Notes: a model not told the origin generated them from the sequence alone. Shown: positions 39,416 through 50,300, counted from the first letter of the stretch. The stretch: DNA of 64,000 nucleotides from Faecousia sp. (GCA_045124575.1 JBGVMD010000011.1:25-64024), one strand, 5' to 3'. Numbers and translations are program-made.

Positions 39416-40342
39416 ATGCGCACGGACTTTTACTATCCCTCCTGCGGCTACGGCATGATCCATGGCTGCCGATGGGAGCCCGAGGGACAGCCCAAGGCGG
39501 TATTGCAGATTGTGCATGGTATTGCTGAACACGCTGCCCGTTATGATGAATTTGCCTCCTTTATGGCCAGTCAGGGCTTTTTGGTGGTAGCAGAGGATCA
39601 TATGGGTCACGGCGGTTCCATTGGCGATAACGGAATCCCCGGCTATTTTGAGGGCGGCTGGGCCAAGGCGGTGGCAGACTGCCATCGTCTGCTGAGCTAT
39701 ACTCGTTTGGAACAGCCGGATGTGCCCTACATTCTTTTGGGCCACTCCATGGGTTCTTTCTTAGTGCGCACCATGCTGATGAAGTTTCCTAAATGCGGCA
39801 TCAGCGCCGCCATCCTCAGCGGTACAGCCTGGATGCACCGTGGCGTGATCAACACCGGCCTGGCAGCGGCAACGTTGGTGTGCAAGACCAAAGGGGAGAA
39901 GACCCACGACAAAATGCTGAACAATCTCATGTTCGGCAGTTATAATCGCCGAGTTGAGCATAAGCGTACCGACTTTGATTGGCTGACCCGGGATGCTTCC
40001 TGCGTGGATGCCTATATTGCAGACCCCTTGTGTGGCTTTACCGTCACCGCCGGACTGGTGCGGGATATGCTGACGGGCCTGAGAGCCATTCAGGAACCGG
40101 AGAATCTAGGCAAAATGAGAAAGGATATCCCGGTACTTTTCATCTCCGGCACCGACGATCCTGTGGGCGGCTATGGCGAGGGTGTTACCAAGGCCTGGAA
40201 GGAATTCAATAAAGCCGGCATGGAACAGGTGGATATTCGTCTGTATCCGCTGTGCCGCCATGAACTGCTGAACGAGATCAATAAAGAAGAAGTGTTTGAC
40301 GATATTCTGCAGTGGATCCAAAAACAGCAGGAAAGCGAATAA
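39416..40342 (+). CDS. Alpha/beta hydrolase (lysophospholipase-like)
   Basis: HGIAEH..RY, DH.GHG, GHSMGS, DDPV and RHE motifs. Confidence 0.9.
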   Translation: MRTDFYYPSCGYGMIHGCRWEPEGQPKAVLQIVHGIAEHAARYDEFASFMASQGFLVVAEDHMGHGGSIGDNGIPGYFEGGWAKAVADCHRLLSYTRLEQPDVPYILLGHSMGSFLVRTMLMKFPKCGISAAILSGTAWMHRGVINTGLAAATLVCKTKGEKTHDKMLNNLMFGSYNRRVEHKRTDFDWLTRDASCVDAYIADPLCGFTVTAGLVRDMLTGLRAIQEPENLGKMRKDIPVLFISGTDDPVGGYGEGVTKAWKEFNKAGMEQVDIRLYPLCRHELLNEINKEEVFDDILQWIQKQQESE

Positions 40343-40356
40343 AGAGAGGATAAATT

Positions 40357-41091
40357 ATGCGCAATCTCCGCCTGGATCTATGCTATGACGGCACCCGCTA
40401 CCGGGGCTGGCAGCGCCTTGCAGGCAGCGACAATACCATTCAGGGCAAGCTGGAAACGGTACTTTCCCGCATTTTAGGGGAGAGTATTGAAATTTCCGGC
40501 AGCGGCCGTACGGATGCGGGCGTCCACGCCAAGGGACAGGTGGCCAATTTTCATTGTGAAAGTGACATGCCTGCCGATGAGATCTTGGCCCAACTTCGTA
40601 TGTATCTGCCGGAGGACATCGGCGTTTTTTCCTGCAAGGAGTGCTCACCCCGCTTCCATGCCCGCCTGAACGCCGTGGAAAAGACCTATTGCTATCGCAT
40701 CTGGAACAGCACCGTGCCCTGTGTCTTTGAAAGACGCTATGTGGCGGTGATCCCGGAACAGCTGGATCTTTACGCCCTCAATCGGGCGGCTGGCTATCTG
40801 GAAGGGGAGCATGATTTTTCTGCATTCTGTGGAAATCCCAAATTCAAGAAATCCACCGTCCGATATATTCGTTCTGTGGTGATCCAAAAAACGGGGGAGG
40901 AAGTGCGGATCTACTTCACCGGCGATGGTTTTATCCACAACCAAGTCCGTATCATGGTGGGCACCCTCTTGGAGGTCGGCATGGGAAAACGAGATCCCCA
41001 CAGCCTGCCGGCACTCTTCGGAGGCAGACGCAGTGATGCAGGTTTTCTGGCCCCGGCACAGGGGCTGTGCTTAATGGAGGTACGCTATTGA
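40357..41091 (+). CDS. truA: tRNA pseudouridine(38-40) synthase
   Basis: YDGT.Y.GWQ, SGRTDAGVHA, FHAR, VRIMVG and APAQGL motifs. Confidence 0.95.
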   Translation: MRNLRLDLCYDGTRYRGWQRLAGSDNTIQGKLETVLSRILGESIEISGSGRTDAGVHAKGQVANFHCESDMPADEILAQLRMYLPEDIGVFSCKECSPRFHARLNAVEKTYCYRIWNSTVPCVFERRYVAVIPEQLDLYALNRAAGYLEGEHDFSAFCGNPKFKKSTVRYIRSVVIQKTGEEVRIYFTGDGFIHNQVRIMVGTLLEVGMGKRDPHSLPALFGGRRSDAGFLAPAQGLCLMEVRY

Positions 41092-41429
41092 ACATTCAGA
41101 TTTTTGGAAAAAGCAAGTGTTTCGATACCAAAAAGGCAGAGCGTTGGTTTAAAGAGCGCCGCATTAAATTCCAGTCCATCGACCTTGTGAAATACGGCAT
41201 GGCGGGAAAGGAATTCGACAGCGTTCTCCGGGCGGTAGGCGGCATCGATAACCTGATCGACTGGGAGAATAAATCTCAGGAGATCACCAACATGAAGTAC
41301 ATGGACGACAAGCGGGCCAAGGAGGACAAGGTTTATGAGGATCCCTCCCTAATGAAAACCCCCATCGTCCGCAACGGCAAGCAGGCCACCGTTGGTTTCT
41401 GCCCCGAAATTTGGAGCACTTGGGAATAA
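41088..41429 (+). CDS. ArsC/Spx-family thioredoxin-fold protein
   Basis: TTG start with GGAGG; KCFDTKKAERWFKER and KTPIVRNG motifs. Confidence 0.82.
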   Translation: MNIQIFGKSKCFDTKKAERWFKERRIKFQSIDLVKYGMAGKEFDSVLRAVGGIDNLIDWENKSQEITNMKYMDDKRAKEDKVYEDPSLMKTPIVRNGKQATVGFCPEIWSTWE

Positions 41430-41570
41430 TCAAATAGAGCCAAACAGACCGGACAGCTTTTGTACAAGGCGGTCCGGTTTTTGCACAAAAATCTTTTCTC
41501 TCCCGCATATATTTGCATGGAAACATCTTGCAAAGCGATATAAAAAGTGCTACTCTAGGGAGGAAGAGAA

Positions 41571-42962
41571 ATGGAAATTCTTCATTGTATCTACCACTGG
41601 GTTTGGGGTATTCCCACCTTGGTATTGATCTTGGCCGTAGGCCTGTATCTCAGTGTCCGCACCGGCTTTGCCCAAGTTTGGCTGCTTCCAAAGTCGCTGA
41701 AGCGATTCTTCTCCCATCTGTCCGCTTCAAAGGAGGATAAGGAAGGGGGCAGCTCTTTTCGGGCTCTTTGTACCGCCCTGGCGGCGACAGTTGGCACAGG
41801 CAACCTAGCCGGTGTTGCCGGTGCAATGGCTATTGGAGGGCCCGGTTCTGTTTTTTGGATGTGGTTGTGTGGCATGTTCGGTATGGTCATTAAATTTGCC
41901 GAAGCCACCCTTGCCATCCGCTATCAGACAAAAAACGCCGCAGGCGAAACCGTGGGTGGCCCCATGTATATGATCAAAGGCGGCCTGCCCAAAGCCTTGT
42001 GGCCGCTGGCCAGCGTTTATGCTTTCTTTGGTGTGGTTGCCGCCTTTGGCGTTGGAAATGCCACCCAAATCAATACGGTTATTACGTCTGTTTCCGATAC
42101 TGCTGCGGCTTTCGGATTTTCTCTGCCCCCATGGGGCAAACTGTTTCTGGGGATTCTATTAGCGATGCTGATCGGGTCTATGCTTTTGGGCGGTGCGAAG
42201 CGGATCGGCCGTGGAGCAGAACTGCTTGTACCCTTCGCGGCTGGACTTTATCTGCTGCTGGGATTGATGGTGCTGATTGCCCGTTGGCAAGCCATTCCCG
42301 GGGCATTTTCAACTATTATTTGTGGTGCCTTTTCGCCCCAGGCAGTCACCGGGGGAGCCGTTGGCTCTATGATGATGGCCTTGCGTACAGGCGTTTCCCG
42401 TGGGGTATTTACCAATGAAGCCGGTATGGGTACAGCTTCCATTGCCCACGCTTCGGCCGTCGTAGATCATCCTGTCCAGCAGGGGATGATGGGCATCGTG
42501 GAAGTGTTTCTCGATACCATCGTTATCTGTACCATGACGGCACTGGTGATTTTGGTCAGCGATGTACCCATTCCATATGGTATAGATGCCGGGATCCAAT
42601 TGACCGCTGCCGCATTTTCTGCCGTTCTCGGTTCCTGGGTGGGTGTCATCATTACGCTTTCGATTTGCCTCTTTGCCCTGGCTACGGTGCTGGGGTGGGG
42701 CCTGTATGGCCTGCGCTGTGCCCAGTTCCTGTTTGGTGACGGTGTTTGGAAAATCTTTTCCTATTTGCAGATTGCCATGGTGATTGTGGGGGCTCTGCTT
42801 CGAGCCGACACGGTCTGGCTCTTGGCGGAAATCGTCAATGGCCTTATGGCGATCCCCAATTTAGTAGCCCTTGGAGCGCTTTCGCCCCAGCTCATATCCA
42901 TATACAAAAGCTATATAAACGGAGGGACTTATGAAAATTTCTATCAATGCCAACCGCTGTGA
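41571..42962 (+). CDS. Alanine/glycine:cation symporter (AGCS family)
   Basis: ALAATVGTGN, GGPG, GGPMY, RGVFTNEAGMG and MAIPNL motifs. Confidence 0.93.
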   Translation: MEILHCIYHWVWGIPTLVLILAVGLYLSVRTGFAQVWLLPKSLKRFFSHLSASKEDKEGGSSFRALCTALAATVGTGNLAGVAGAMAIGGPGSVFWMWLCGMFGMVIKFAEATLAIRYQTKNAAGETVGGPMYMIKGGLPKALWPLASVYAFFGVVAAFGVGNATQINTVITSVSDTAAAFGFSLPPWGKLFLGILLAMLIGSMLLGGAKRIGRGAELLVPFAAGLYLLLGLMVLIARWQAIPGAFSTIICGAFSPQAVTGGAVGSMMMALRTGVSRGVFTNEAGMGTASIAHASAVVDHPVQQGMMGIVEVFLDTIVICTMTALVILVSDVPIPYGIDAGIQLTAAAFSAVLGSWVGVIITLSICLFALATVLGWGLYGLRCAQFLFGDGVWKIFSYLQIAMVIVGALLRADTVWLLAEIVNGLMAIPNLVALGALSPQLISIYKSYINGGTYENFYQCQPL

Positions 42963-44148
42963 ATCTTCTCCCATGCGTATGTTCCACCCCCTGGCTGTGG
43001 CGGCCAAGGAAGCCGGCAAGAAGATCTATCATCTGAACATCGGTCAGCCGGATCTCAAAACGCCCCCCGTTTTCTATGATGCCATTCAAAATTTCCGCCA
43101 GGAAGTGCTGGCTTATACCGCATCGCCCGGCAGTCCTGTGTTGATTGATGCCATCCGCGGTTACTATAAAAACCGTTTGGGTGTGGAATTGAGCGCTAAC
43201 GATGTGCTAATTACCACCGGTGGCAGCGAAGCACTGCTTTTGGTTTGCCTGAGCATTTTGGACCCTTATACCGAAATCATCGTTCCCGAACCTTACTATC
43301 CTAACTATGCCACCTTCGTCCACGCCGCCGGCGGCACGATTCGTGCCCTGCCCACTTGCCCGGAGGAAGGCTACCGCTATGCTATCCGTGAACGGATCGA
43401 GGCCCTCATCACTCCCAACACCCGGGCCATTATGATCACCAACCCCGGCAATCCCACTGGCGTTACCTTGACCAAAGAGGAAATGTATATGATTGCGCAA
43501 GTGGCCAAGGAGCACGATCTGTACCTGATTTCCGATGAAGTCTACCGGGAATTCTGCTACGGCGAGAATGCCGGCGTGCCCACTATGGGTGCCTTTATGG
43601 ATGAGATTGCCGACAACCTGGTGATCACTGACTCCGTTTCCAAGCAGTTTTCCACCTGTGGCGCCCGTGTTGGCTGTGTGGTCACCAAGAATAAGGAACT
43701 GCAGGCAGCTCTGCTGAAATTCTGTCAGTCCCGTCTGGCTGTCGCTACCATGGATCAGATGGGCGCAGCTGCCCTGTACTCTGTGGGCGAGGACTACTAT
43801 GCGGAGAACCGGGCCGAATACATCCGCCGTCGTGACTTGGTATATGACCGTCTGTGCAAGATTCCCGGCGTGCTGGTGACTAAGCCCGAAGGCGCATTCT
43901 ACATCATGGCAGCCCTGCCGGTGGACGATACCTGCAAGTTCCAAAACTGGCTGCTGACCCATTTTGAGGATAAGGGGGAAACGGTGATGTTTGCTCCCGG
44001 CGGCCCCTTCTATGAGACTCCCGGTAAGGGCGTCAACGAAGTGCGTATCGCCTATGTCCTTTGCCTGGAAGATCTGACCCGGGCCATGGACCTGCTGGAA
44101 AAGGGAATTGCTCGCTATCGCAAAGAAGTTATGGGTATAAACCCTTGA
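42931..44148 (+). CDS. PLP-dependent class I/II aminotransferase (aspartate aminotransferase-like)
   Basis: LNIGQPD, NPGNPTG, DEVY and SVSK....G.RVG motifs. Confidence 0.92.
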   Translation: MKISINANRCESSPMRMFHPLAVAAKEAGKKIYHLNIGQPDLKTPPVFYDAIQNFRQEVLAYTASPGSPVLIDAIRGYYKNRLGVELSANDVLITTGGSEALLLVCLSILDPYTEIIVPEPYYPNYATFVHAAGGTIRALPTCPEEGYRYAIRERIEALITPNTRAIMITNPGNPTGVTLTKEEMYMIAQVAKEHDLYLISDEVYREFCYGENAGVPTMGAFMDEIADNLVITDSVSKQFSTCGARVGCVVTKNKELQAALLKFCQSRLAVATMDQMGAAALYSVGEDYYAENRAEYIRRRDLVYDRLCKIPGVLVTKPEGAFYIMAALPVDDTCKFQNWLLTHFEDKGETVMFAPGGPFYETPGKGVNEVRIAYVLCLEDLTRAMDLLEKGIARYRKEVMGINP

Positions 44149-44179
44149 CAAGCAACCATTTCCCGTGATAAAATAAACA

Positions 44180-44372
44180 AAATCGCAATGAACGGAAAGA
44201 GTAGCGGACAGCGAACCTTCAGAGAGTCTGGGCCATCGGCTGGAAGCCCGGGCAGGGGAGTGCCGTGAAAGTGCGTCCGGGAGCGGTGAATTTCATACGA
44301 GTTAAAAATAAGAGTGGAACCGCGAGTATTTACCCGCCTCTTGTCGCCTTGTGGCACAAGAGGCGGTTTTTT
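44180..44372 (+). ncRNA. T-box riboswitch, cysteine-specific
   Basis: AGTA box, AGAGAG and GCTGGAAG stem-I motifs, specifier TGC (44272-44274), T-box AGAGTGGAACCGCG (44311-44324; the variable A matches U73 of tRNA-Cys), terminator CCGCCTCTTGT/ACAAGAGGCGG plus T-tract; promoter TTGACA-18-TAAAAT at 44145-44174. Confidence 0.93.
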
Positions 44373-44403
44373 ATCATAAATAACACAATTGGAGGAAACC
44401 AAT

Positions 44404-45819
44404 ATGTATCTTTATAACTCTCTTTCTCATAAGAAGGAACTGTTCGTTCCCAATAATCCCGACCTGGTGAAAATGTACACCTGTGGCCCCACCGTCTATC
44501 ACTATGCCCACATCGGCAACCTGCGCACCTATATCATGGAGGACGTGCTGGAAAAGTCCCTGCGCTACCTTGGCTACAATGTCAAGCGCGTCATGAATAT
44601 CACCGACGTGGGTCACCTGGCTTCCGACGCCGACACTGGTGAGGATAAGATGGTCAAGGGTGCCAAGCGGGAAAACAAGACCGTCATGGATATCGCCCGC
44701 TTCTACACTGAGGCCTTCCAGGCAGACTGCGGCAAGCTGAATATCAAGTGGCCCGACGTGGTAGAGCCTGCTACCAACTGCATCGACGAGTATATCGAAA
44801 TGGTGCAGAAACTGCTGAATGATGGCAAGGCATACTTCGCCGGTGGCAATGTGTATTTCGACACCGCCACTTTGGATAAGTACTATGTTTTCGGCGACCA
44901 TGACGAGGAAGATCTTGCTGTTGGTGTCCGTGAGGGCGTGGAAGAGGACTCCAACAAGAAGAATAAAAACGACTTCGTTCTGTGGTTTACCAAGTCCAAG
45001 TTTGAGGACCAGGCCCTGAAATGGGATTCTCCCTGGGGCGTTGGCTATCCCGGCTGGCATATCGAATGTTCCTGCATCTCCATGAAGCATCTGGGCGAGG
45101 ACCTGGACATCCACGCCGGCGGCATCGACAATGCCTTCCCCCATCACACCAATGAGATTGCCCAGTCCGAAAGCTATCTGGGCCATAAGTGGTGCAATTA
45201 TTGGTTCCATGTCCACCACCTGAACACCGGCGACGGCAAAATGTCTAAGTCAAAGGGTGAGTTCCTTACCGTGTCCCTGCTGGAGAGCAAGGGTTATGAC
45301 CCTATGGCTTACCGCCTCTTCTGCCTGCAGAGCCACTATCGCCGCAATCTGGTCTTTACTTGGGAGAACCTGGACAATGCGGTGCAGGCCTATGACAAGC
45401 TGATCGCCAAGATTGCCACCTTGAAGCAGGGTGGAGAAGTGGAACAGGCTGCTTTCGACGAGCTGAAAGCCAAGTTTGTAAATGCCCTCAACGGCGACCT
45501 GAATACTTCTCTGGCCGTTACCGCACTGTACGATGTGCTGAAGGCCAAGTGCAATGACGCCACTAAGCTGGCGCTGCTGGCAGACTTTGACCAGGTCATG
45601 AGCCTGAACCTGCTGGCTGCCGCTGAGGCACTGAATAAGAAGCAGGCCGAGAAAGAGGCTGCCAACGCCGATCCCGAGATTGATGCGCTGGTGGCTGCCC
45701 GCACCGAGGCCAAGAAGACCAAAAACTGGGCGGAGGCTGATCGCATCCGTGACGAGCTGAAGGCCCGTGGCATCGAAATCATTGACACCCCCCAGGGCAC
45801 CAAGTGGAGAAAAGTATGA
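44404..45819 (+). CDS. cysS: Cysteine--tRNA ligase
   Basis: CGPTVY, HIGN, PGWHIEC, FPHH.NE and KMSKS motifs. Confidence 0.98.
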   Translation: MYLYNSLSHKKELFVPNNPDLVKMYTCGPTVYHYAHIGNLRTYIMEDVLEKSLRYLGYNVKRVMNITDVGHLASDADTGEDKMVKGAKRENKTVMDIARFYTEAFQADCGKLNIKWPDVVEPATNCIDEYIEMVQKLLNDGKAYFAGGNVYFDTATLDKYYVFGDHDEEDLAVGVREGVEEDSNKKNKNDFVLWFTKSKFEDQALKWDSPWGVGYPGWHIECSCISMKHLGEDLDIHAGGIDNAFPHHTNEIAQSESYLGHKWCNYWFHVHHLNTGDGKMSKSKGEFLTVSLLESKGYDPMAYRLFCLQSHYRRNLVFTWENLDNAVQAYDKLIAKIATLKQGGEVEQAAFDELKAKFVNALNGDLNTSLAVTALYDVLKAKCNDATKLALLADFDQVMSLNLLAAAEALNKKQAEKEAANADPEIDALVAARTEAKKTKNWAEADRIRDELKARGIEIIDTPQGTKWRKV

Positions 45820-48338
45820 AATTGATGATTCTTGACGGTAACTCCGTCATAAATCGTGCCTTTTTCGGCGTCAAGCCCCTCACTACCAAGGAGGGGCTTT
45901 TCACCCATGCTATTTATGGTTTTCTGAACATTTTGGAGCGCATGGAGAAAGAGGAACAGCCGGATGCGGTTTGTGTGTCCTTTGACCTCCATGGCCCCAC
46001 CTTCCGCCATCTGAAATACGATGGCTATAAGGCCACCCGTCACGGCATGCCGGAGGAGCTGGCTATGCAGATGCCCATTATGAAGGACGTTCTGCGGGCC
46101 ATGAATATCCCCATTTATGAATGCCAGGGCTGGGAGGCAGATGATGTCATCGGCACAGTGGGCCGCATTTGCTCCAATAACGATTGGGAATGTGTCATCG
46201 TCACCGGCGACCGGGACAGCCTGCAGCTGATCGACAAGAATGTCCATGTAAAGCTGGTAATTTCCCGCCCCGGCCAAACCACCGCCACCCTTTACACGGA
46301 AGAAAAATTCCGGGAAGAATACGGCTTTGAACCCAAGCGCCTCATTGACCTGAAGGCTCTGATGGGCGACTCTTCGGATAATATTCCCGGCGTTGCCGGT
46401 GTCGGCCCCAAGACCGCCACGGATCTTCTGCTGAAATTCGGCACTCTGGACGGGGTGTATGACCATCTGGAGGACAACTCCATCAAGCCGAAGCTCCGTG
46501 AAAAACTGGTTAACGACAAAGAAAACGCCTATCTTTCCTATGAACTGGCCACCATTGTTGCCGAAGCCCCCATTGATTTTGAGCCCAAGGATGCCCTCAT
46601 CCAGCCCTACAACCGTGCGGCGTTGTATCAGCTGTTCCAAAAGTTGGAATTTGTGAAACTCATTGATAAATATGGCCTCCGGGGCGCGGATCAGGAACTG
46701 CCGAAGCGGGAGCAACTGACAGTTGCGCTACCCGTGGTTGCGGAAATTCCCTCCAATCTATCCGAAGCGGCCATTTATTTGAGTCAGGACGGGTCGATGG
46801 CCCTGGCTTGGTCAGAGGGTGTGTGTTCACTGACCCCCTTGGAAGCCCAAATGGGACTAACCCTTCCGTCTAAACTGATTTGCCACGACATGAAGTCCAT
46901 CATGCACCGCTTGGATGACATGGGCATTTGCTTTAAAAACTTTACTTTCGACACAGCTTTAGCAGCCTACGATCTCAATCCCTCTCAGTCCGATTATCCT
47001 GTATCCAAGCTTGCCACCAACTTTCTTGGGCTCAGCGTAGAGGACGGCGATGCCGCAGCCTGTGCCGAAGCCATCTGGCATTTGCGCCCGGAGCTGACCG
47101 CTGAGCTGGAGAAGAATGGCATGAAGCGGCTGTATGATGAGATCGAACTGCCCCTTTGTTCGGTGCTCTACCGCATGGAACGCCGGGGCATCGCAGTGGA
47201 TAAAGAACAGTTGGAGCAGTTTGGAACCATGCTTTCCCAGCGGATTGCAGATTGTGAAGCCTTGATCTTTGGATTCTCCGACGGTAGCTTCAATATTAAC
47301 TCTCCCAAACAGTTGGGCGAATTGCTTTTTGATAAGCTGGGACTACCCCCGGTGAAAAAGACCAAAACCGGCTACTCCACCAATGCCGATGTACTGGAAA
47401 AGCTGAAGGACAAGCATCCCATCATTCCTGCCATCATGGATTACCGAATGCTGACCAAGCTGAAATCCACCTATGCCGATGGCCTAATGTCGGCGCTGGA
47501 TGAAGATGGTCGTGTCCGCACTACCTTCCAGAATTTGGTTACTGCCACCGGCCGCCTTTCTTCCACCGAACCCAATCTACAAAATATTCCTGTCCGTACG
47601 GATCTGGGCGCTGAAATTCGGAAAATGTTCATTCCGAAACCCGGCCATGTGCTGGTGGATGCGGATTACAGCCAAATTGAGCTGCGTGTTCTTGCCCACA
47701 TTGCCGACGATCAGACCATGCAGGAAGCCTTTACTTCCGGCTTGGATGTCCACACTGCTACCGCAGCCCAAGTGTTTGCAGTAGCGCCGGAGCAGGTGAC
47801 GAGTCTGCAGCGCCGCCATGCCAAGGCGGTTAATTTCGGTATTGTCTATGGCATTTCTGAGTTTTCACTGGCCGAGGATATTGGCGTTTCCCGCTGGGAG
47901 GCGAAGAACTATATCGATAGTTATTTGGCGCATTATGCCGGCGTTCGCCGGTATATGAAGCAGGTGGTGGAGGAAGCCAGAGATCGTGGCTATACCCAAA
48001 CCATGTTTGGTCGCCGCCGCTATATCCCGGAGCTGAAATCCAGCAATTTCAATGTCCGTTCCGGCGCAGAACGTATGACGCTGAACACTCCCATTCAGGG
48101 CACTGCCGCCGACCTCATTAAGCTGGCCATGATCCGGGTGGAAAACGCTCTGAATGAACATTTCCCGGAGGCAAAACTTCTGCTGCAGGTTCACGATGAA
48201 TTGATTGTGGAATGCCCTGAGGCAATTGCCGAGGATGTGGCAGCCATGGTCAGCCGGGAAATGGAGTCCATCGCTAAACTGAATGTTCCGCTGCAGGCGG
48301 AAGCAAAAATCGGAAAGAGCTGGTACGAGGCAAAATGA
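45816..48338 (+). CDS. polA: DNA polymerase I
   Basis: 5'-3' exonuclease (EADD, GDSSDN), TGRLSS..PNLQNIP, DYSQIELR, K.VNFG and QVHDE motifs; ATGA overlap with cysS. Confidence 0.98.
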   Translation: MKLMILDGNSVINRAFFGVKPLTTKEGLFTHAIYGFLNILERMEKEEQPDAVCVSFDLHGPTFRHLKYDGYKATRHGMPEELAMQMPIMKDVLRAMNIPIYECQGWEADDVIGTVGRICSNNDWECVIVTGDRDSLQLIDKNVHVKLVISRPGQTTATLYTEEKFREEYGFEPKRLIDLKALMGDSSDNIPGVAGVGPKTATDLLLKFGTLDGVYDHLEDNSIKPKLREKLVNDKENAYLSYELATIVAEAPIDFEPKDALIQPYNRAALYQLFQKLEFVKLIDKYGLRGADQELPKREQLTVALPVVAEIPSNLSEAAIYLSQDGSMALAWSEGVCSLTPLEAQMGLTLPSKLICHDMKSIMHRLDDMGICFKNFTFDTALAAYDLNPSQSDYPVSKLATNFLGLSVEDGDAAACAEAIWHLRPELTAELEKNGMKRLYDEIELPLCSVLYRMERRGIAVDKEQLEQFGTMLSQRIADCEALIFGFSDGSFNINSPKQLGELLFDKLGLPPVKKTKTGYSTNADVLEKLKDKHPIIPAIMDYRMLTKLKSTYADGLMSALDEDGRVRTTFQNLVTATGRLSSTEPNLQNIPVRTDLGAEIRKMFIPKPGHVLVDADYSQIELRVLAHIADDQTMQEAFTSGLDVHTATAAQVFAVAPEQVTSLQRRHAKAVNFGIVYGISEFSLAEDIGVSRWEAKNYIDSYLAHYAGVRRYMKQVVEEARDRGYTQTMFGRRRYIPELKSSNFNVRSGAERMTLNTPIQGTAADLIKLAMIRVENALNEHFPEAKLLLQVHDELIVECPEAIAEDVAAMVSREMESIAKLNVPLQAEAKIGKSWYEAK

Positions 48339-48778
48339 TGGAAATCGTAAAAATGGACGAAACCCATATCTCCCAAATCGCCGCATTGGAAAAACGCTGC
48401 TTCTCCGATCCCTGGAGCGAAAACAGTATTGCAGGGGAACTGTCCAGCCGCCTGTCATATTGGCTTGTGGCAGTGGAAAATGGGGAAGTGGTGGGCTATA
48501 TCGGCTCTCAAAGCGTGCTTGGTCAGTCGGATATGATGAATGTGGCCGTTCACCCGGACTATCGCCGCAAAGGCATCGCCGAGGCTCTGATCCTGGCCCT
48601 GTCCGCAGACCTGAAAGAACGGCAAAATCAGTGCCTAACATTGGAGGTTCGTGCCTCCAATGCGCCAGCCATTACCCTGTACGAGAAACTGGGCTTTGAC
48701 ACCGTGGGCCGTCGACCGAATTACTACCGCCATCCCAAAGAGGATGCGCTTATCATGCGAAAGGAGTGGCAGATTTGA
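48335..48778 (+). CDS. rimI: Ribosomal-protein-alanine N-acetyltransferase
   Basis: FSDPWS, NVAV.P.YRRKG, LEVRASN, R.NYY and EDA motifs. Confidence 0.93.
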   Translation: MMEIVKMDETHISQIAALEKRCFSDPWSENSIAGELSSRLSYWLVAVENGEVVGYIGSQSVLGQSDMMNVAVHPDYRRKGIAEALILALSADLKERQNQCLTLEVRASNAPAITLYEKLGFDTVGRRPNYYRHPKEDALIMRKEWQI

Positions 48779-49791
48779 ACATTCTGGCAATTGAATCTTC
48801 CTGTGATGAAACTGCCGTTGCCATCGTTCAGGATGGCAGACAGGTGCTGTGCGACTGTATTGCCTCCCAAGTGGCCCTCCACCGGGAATACGGCGGCGTT
48901 GTGCCGGAGATCGCCTCCCGCAAGCATATCGAGGCCATTTATGGCCTGGCCGACCAGGCGCTGACTGAAACCGGCCTGACCCGGGCCGACATCGACGCTG
49001 TGGCTGTGACCTATGCACCTGGTCTCATCGGTGCGGTGCTGGTTGGTGTGAACTTCGCCAAGGCCGCGGCACTGGCCATGAACAAACCTCTGATCCCGGT
49101 GCATCACATCCGTGGACACATCGCCGCCAACTATATCGCCTGTCCGGAACTGAAGCCTCCCTTCCTATGCTTGGTGGTTTCCGGTGGCCATACCATGCTG
49201 TTGAATGTAAAGGACTACACCGATATGGAACTGTTGGGCACCACTTTGGATGATGCCGCCGGCGAGTGCTTTGATAAGGTTGGCCGTGTTTTGGGCATGC
49301 CTTATCCTGGTGGTGCGGCGGTAGACAAAGCCGCCCAGCAGGGTGACGAAAATAAGTATGTGCTCCCTCGCAGCAAACCCGGCGAAAACCCTTACAATAT
49401 GAGTTTTTCCGGCCTGAAGACCGCCGCGCTGAATTTGATCCACCACGCTGAGCAGGTAGGGGAGGAAATCGACATCCCGTCCCTTTGTGCCGGTTTTACC
49501 GCCGCTGTGTCTGATACCCTGGTGCCTCGTGTGGTCCGGGCTATTGAAGAGACCGGCTGTAAAAAGATTGCCGTTGCCGGCGGTGTGGCCGCCAATTCCC
49601 GCATTCGCCGGGATCTGCTAGCGGCAGCTGAGAAGTTGGGCGCAGAGGTGTTCATGCCGCCGTTGTCGCTGTGTGGTGACAATGCGGCCATGATCGGTGC
49701 GCAAGCATACTATGAGTACTTGGCGGGGAATATGGCCGATATGAGCCTGAACGCCTACGCCACCAAATCCATTTTGGGAGAAAAAGTCTGA
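48766..49791 (+). CDS. tsaD: tRNA N6-threonylcarbamoyladenosine synthesis protein TsaD
   Basis: IESSCDET, GGVVPEIASRKH, HH..GH, SGGHT, DDAAGE and DNAAMIG motifs. Confidence 0.97.
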   Translation: MADLNILAIESSCDETAVAIVQDGRQVLCDCIASQVALHREYGGVVPEIASRKHIEAIYGLADQALTETGLTRADIDAVAVTYAPGLIGAVLVGVNFAKAAALAMNKPLIPVHHIRGHIAANYIACPELKPPFLCLVVSGGHTMLLNVKDYTDMELLGTTLDDAAGECFDKVGRVLGMPYPGGAAVDKAAQQGDENKYVLPRSKPGENPYNMSFSGLKTAALNLIHHAEQVGEEIDIPSLCAGFTAAVSDTLVPRVVRAIEETGCKKIAVAGGVAANSRIRRDLLAAAEKLGAEVFMPPLSLCGDNAAMIGAQAYYEYLAGNMADMSLNAYATKSILGEKV

Positions 49792-50300
49792 TGCTTTTGG
49801 TTTGTCGCTCGCTGAAAGAACTGGATTTTTCTGCCATGCTGGCAGTATATGAGGAAGGAAATCGGGAGAACGGGGCGGAACTGTACCCTTATTTGCCTGC
49901 CGGGCAACAGTTGCTACGGGCAGAGCAGGATTTCTATGCCTATTTGCAAACCGGCTTTTTTACCCAACCCGGTGATCTGTACTGCATTTGGGAGGAAGAC
50001 GGCCGCTATGTCAGCGCTCTGCGCCTGCAAACATTTGGTGATGGCCTACTTTTAGAAGCATTGGAAACCCATCCGGAATATCGCCGCCAAGGTTATGCCC
50101 ACCGCCTGATTCAAGCAGTGCTGGAGGAACTCCAACTTGCAAAGGTGTACAGCCACATCGGTCACCACAATCTTGCGTCTCAAGCTGCCCACGCCCGGTG
50201 CAGCTTTCGGAAGATTTCTGATTGTGCCCGCTATGCCAATGGCTCATTCAATTCCTATTGCGGTACTTATCTTTATGAAGCAAAAAACGCAGGCGTTTAG
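49791..50300 (+). CDS. GNAT-family acetyltransferase
   Basis: LETHPEYRRQGYA and N.AS motifs. Confidence 0.75.
   Translation: MLLVCRSLKELDFSAMLAVYEEGNRENGAELYPYLPAGQQLLRAEQDFYAYLQTGFFTQPGDLYCIWEEDGRYVSALRLQTFGDGLLLEALETHPEYRRQGYAHRLIQAVLEELQLAKVYSHIGHHNLASQAAHARCSFRKISDCARYANGSFNSYCGTYLYEAKNAGV

Noticed and set aside
41480-41560. Sporulation-sigma promoter for the AGCS symporter (CATATATT)
   Set aside because: Spacing to a -35 does not fit sigma-E or sigma-K; a TTGCAA-17-TACTCT sigma-A-like site explains the region as well.
46700-47150. Short, degenerate 3'-5' exonuclease region of PolA
   Set aside because: An inactive proofreading domain is normal for Bacillota PolA.
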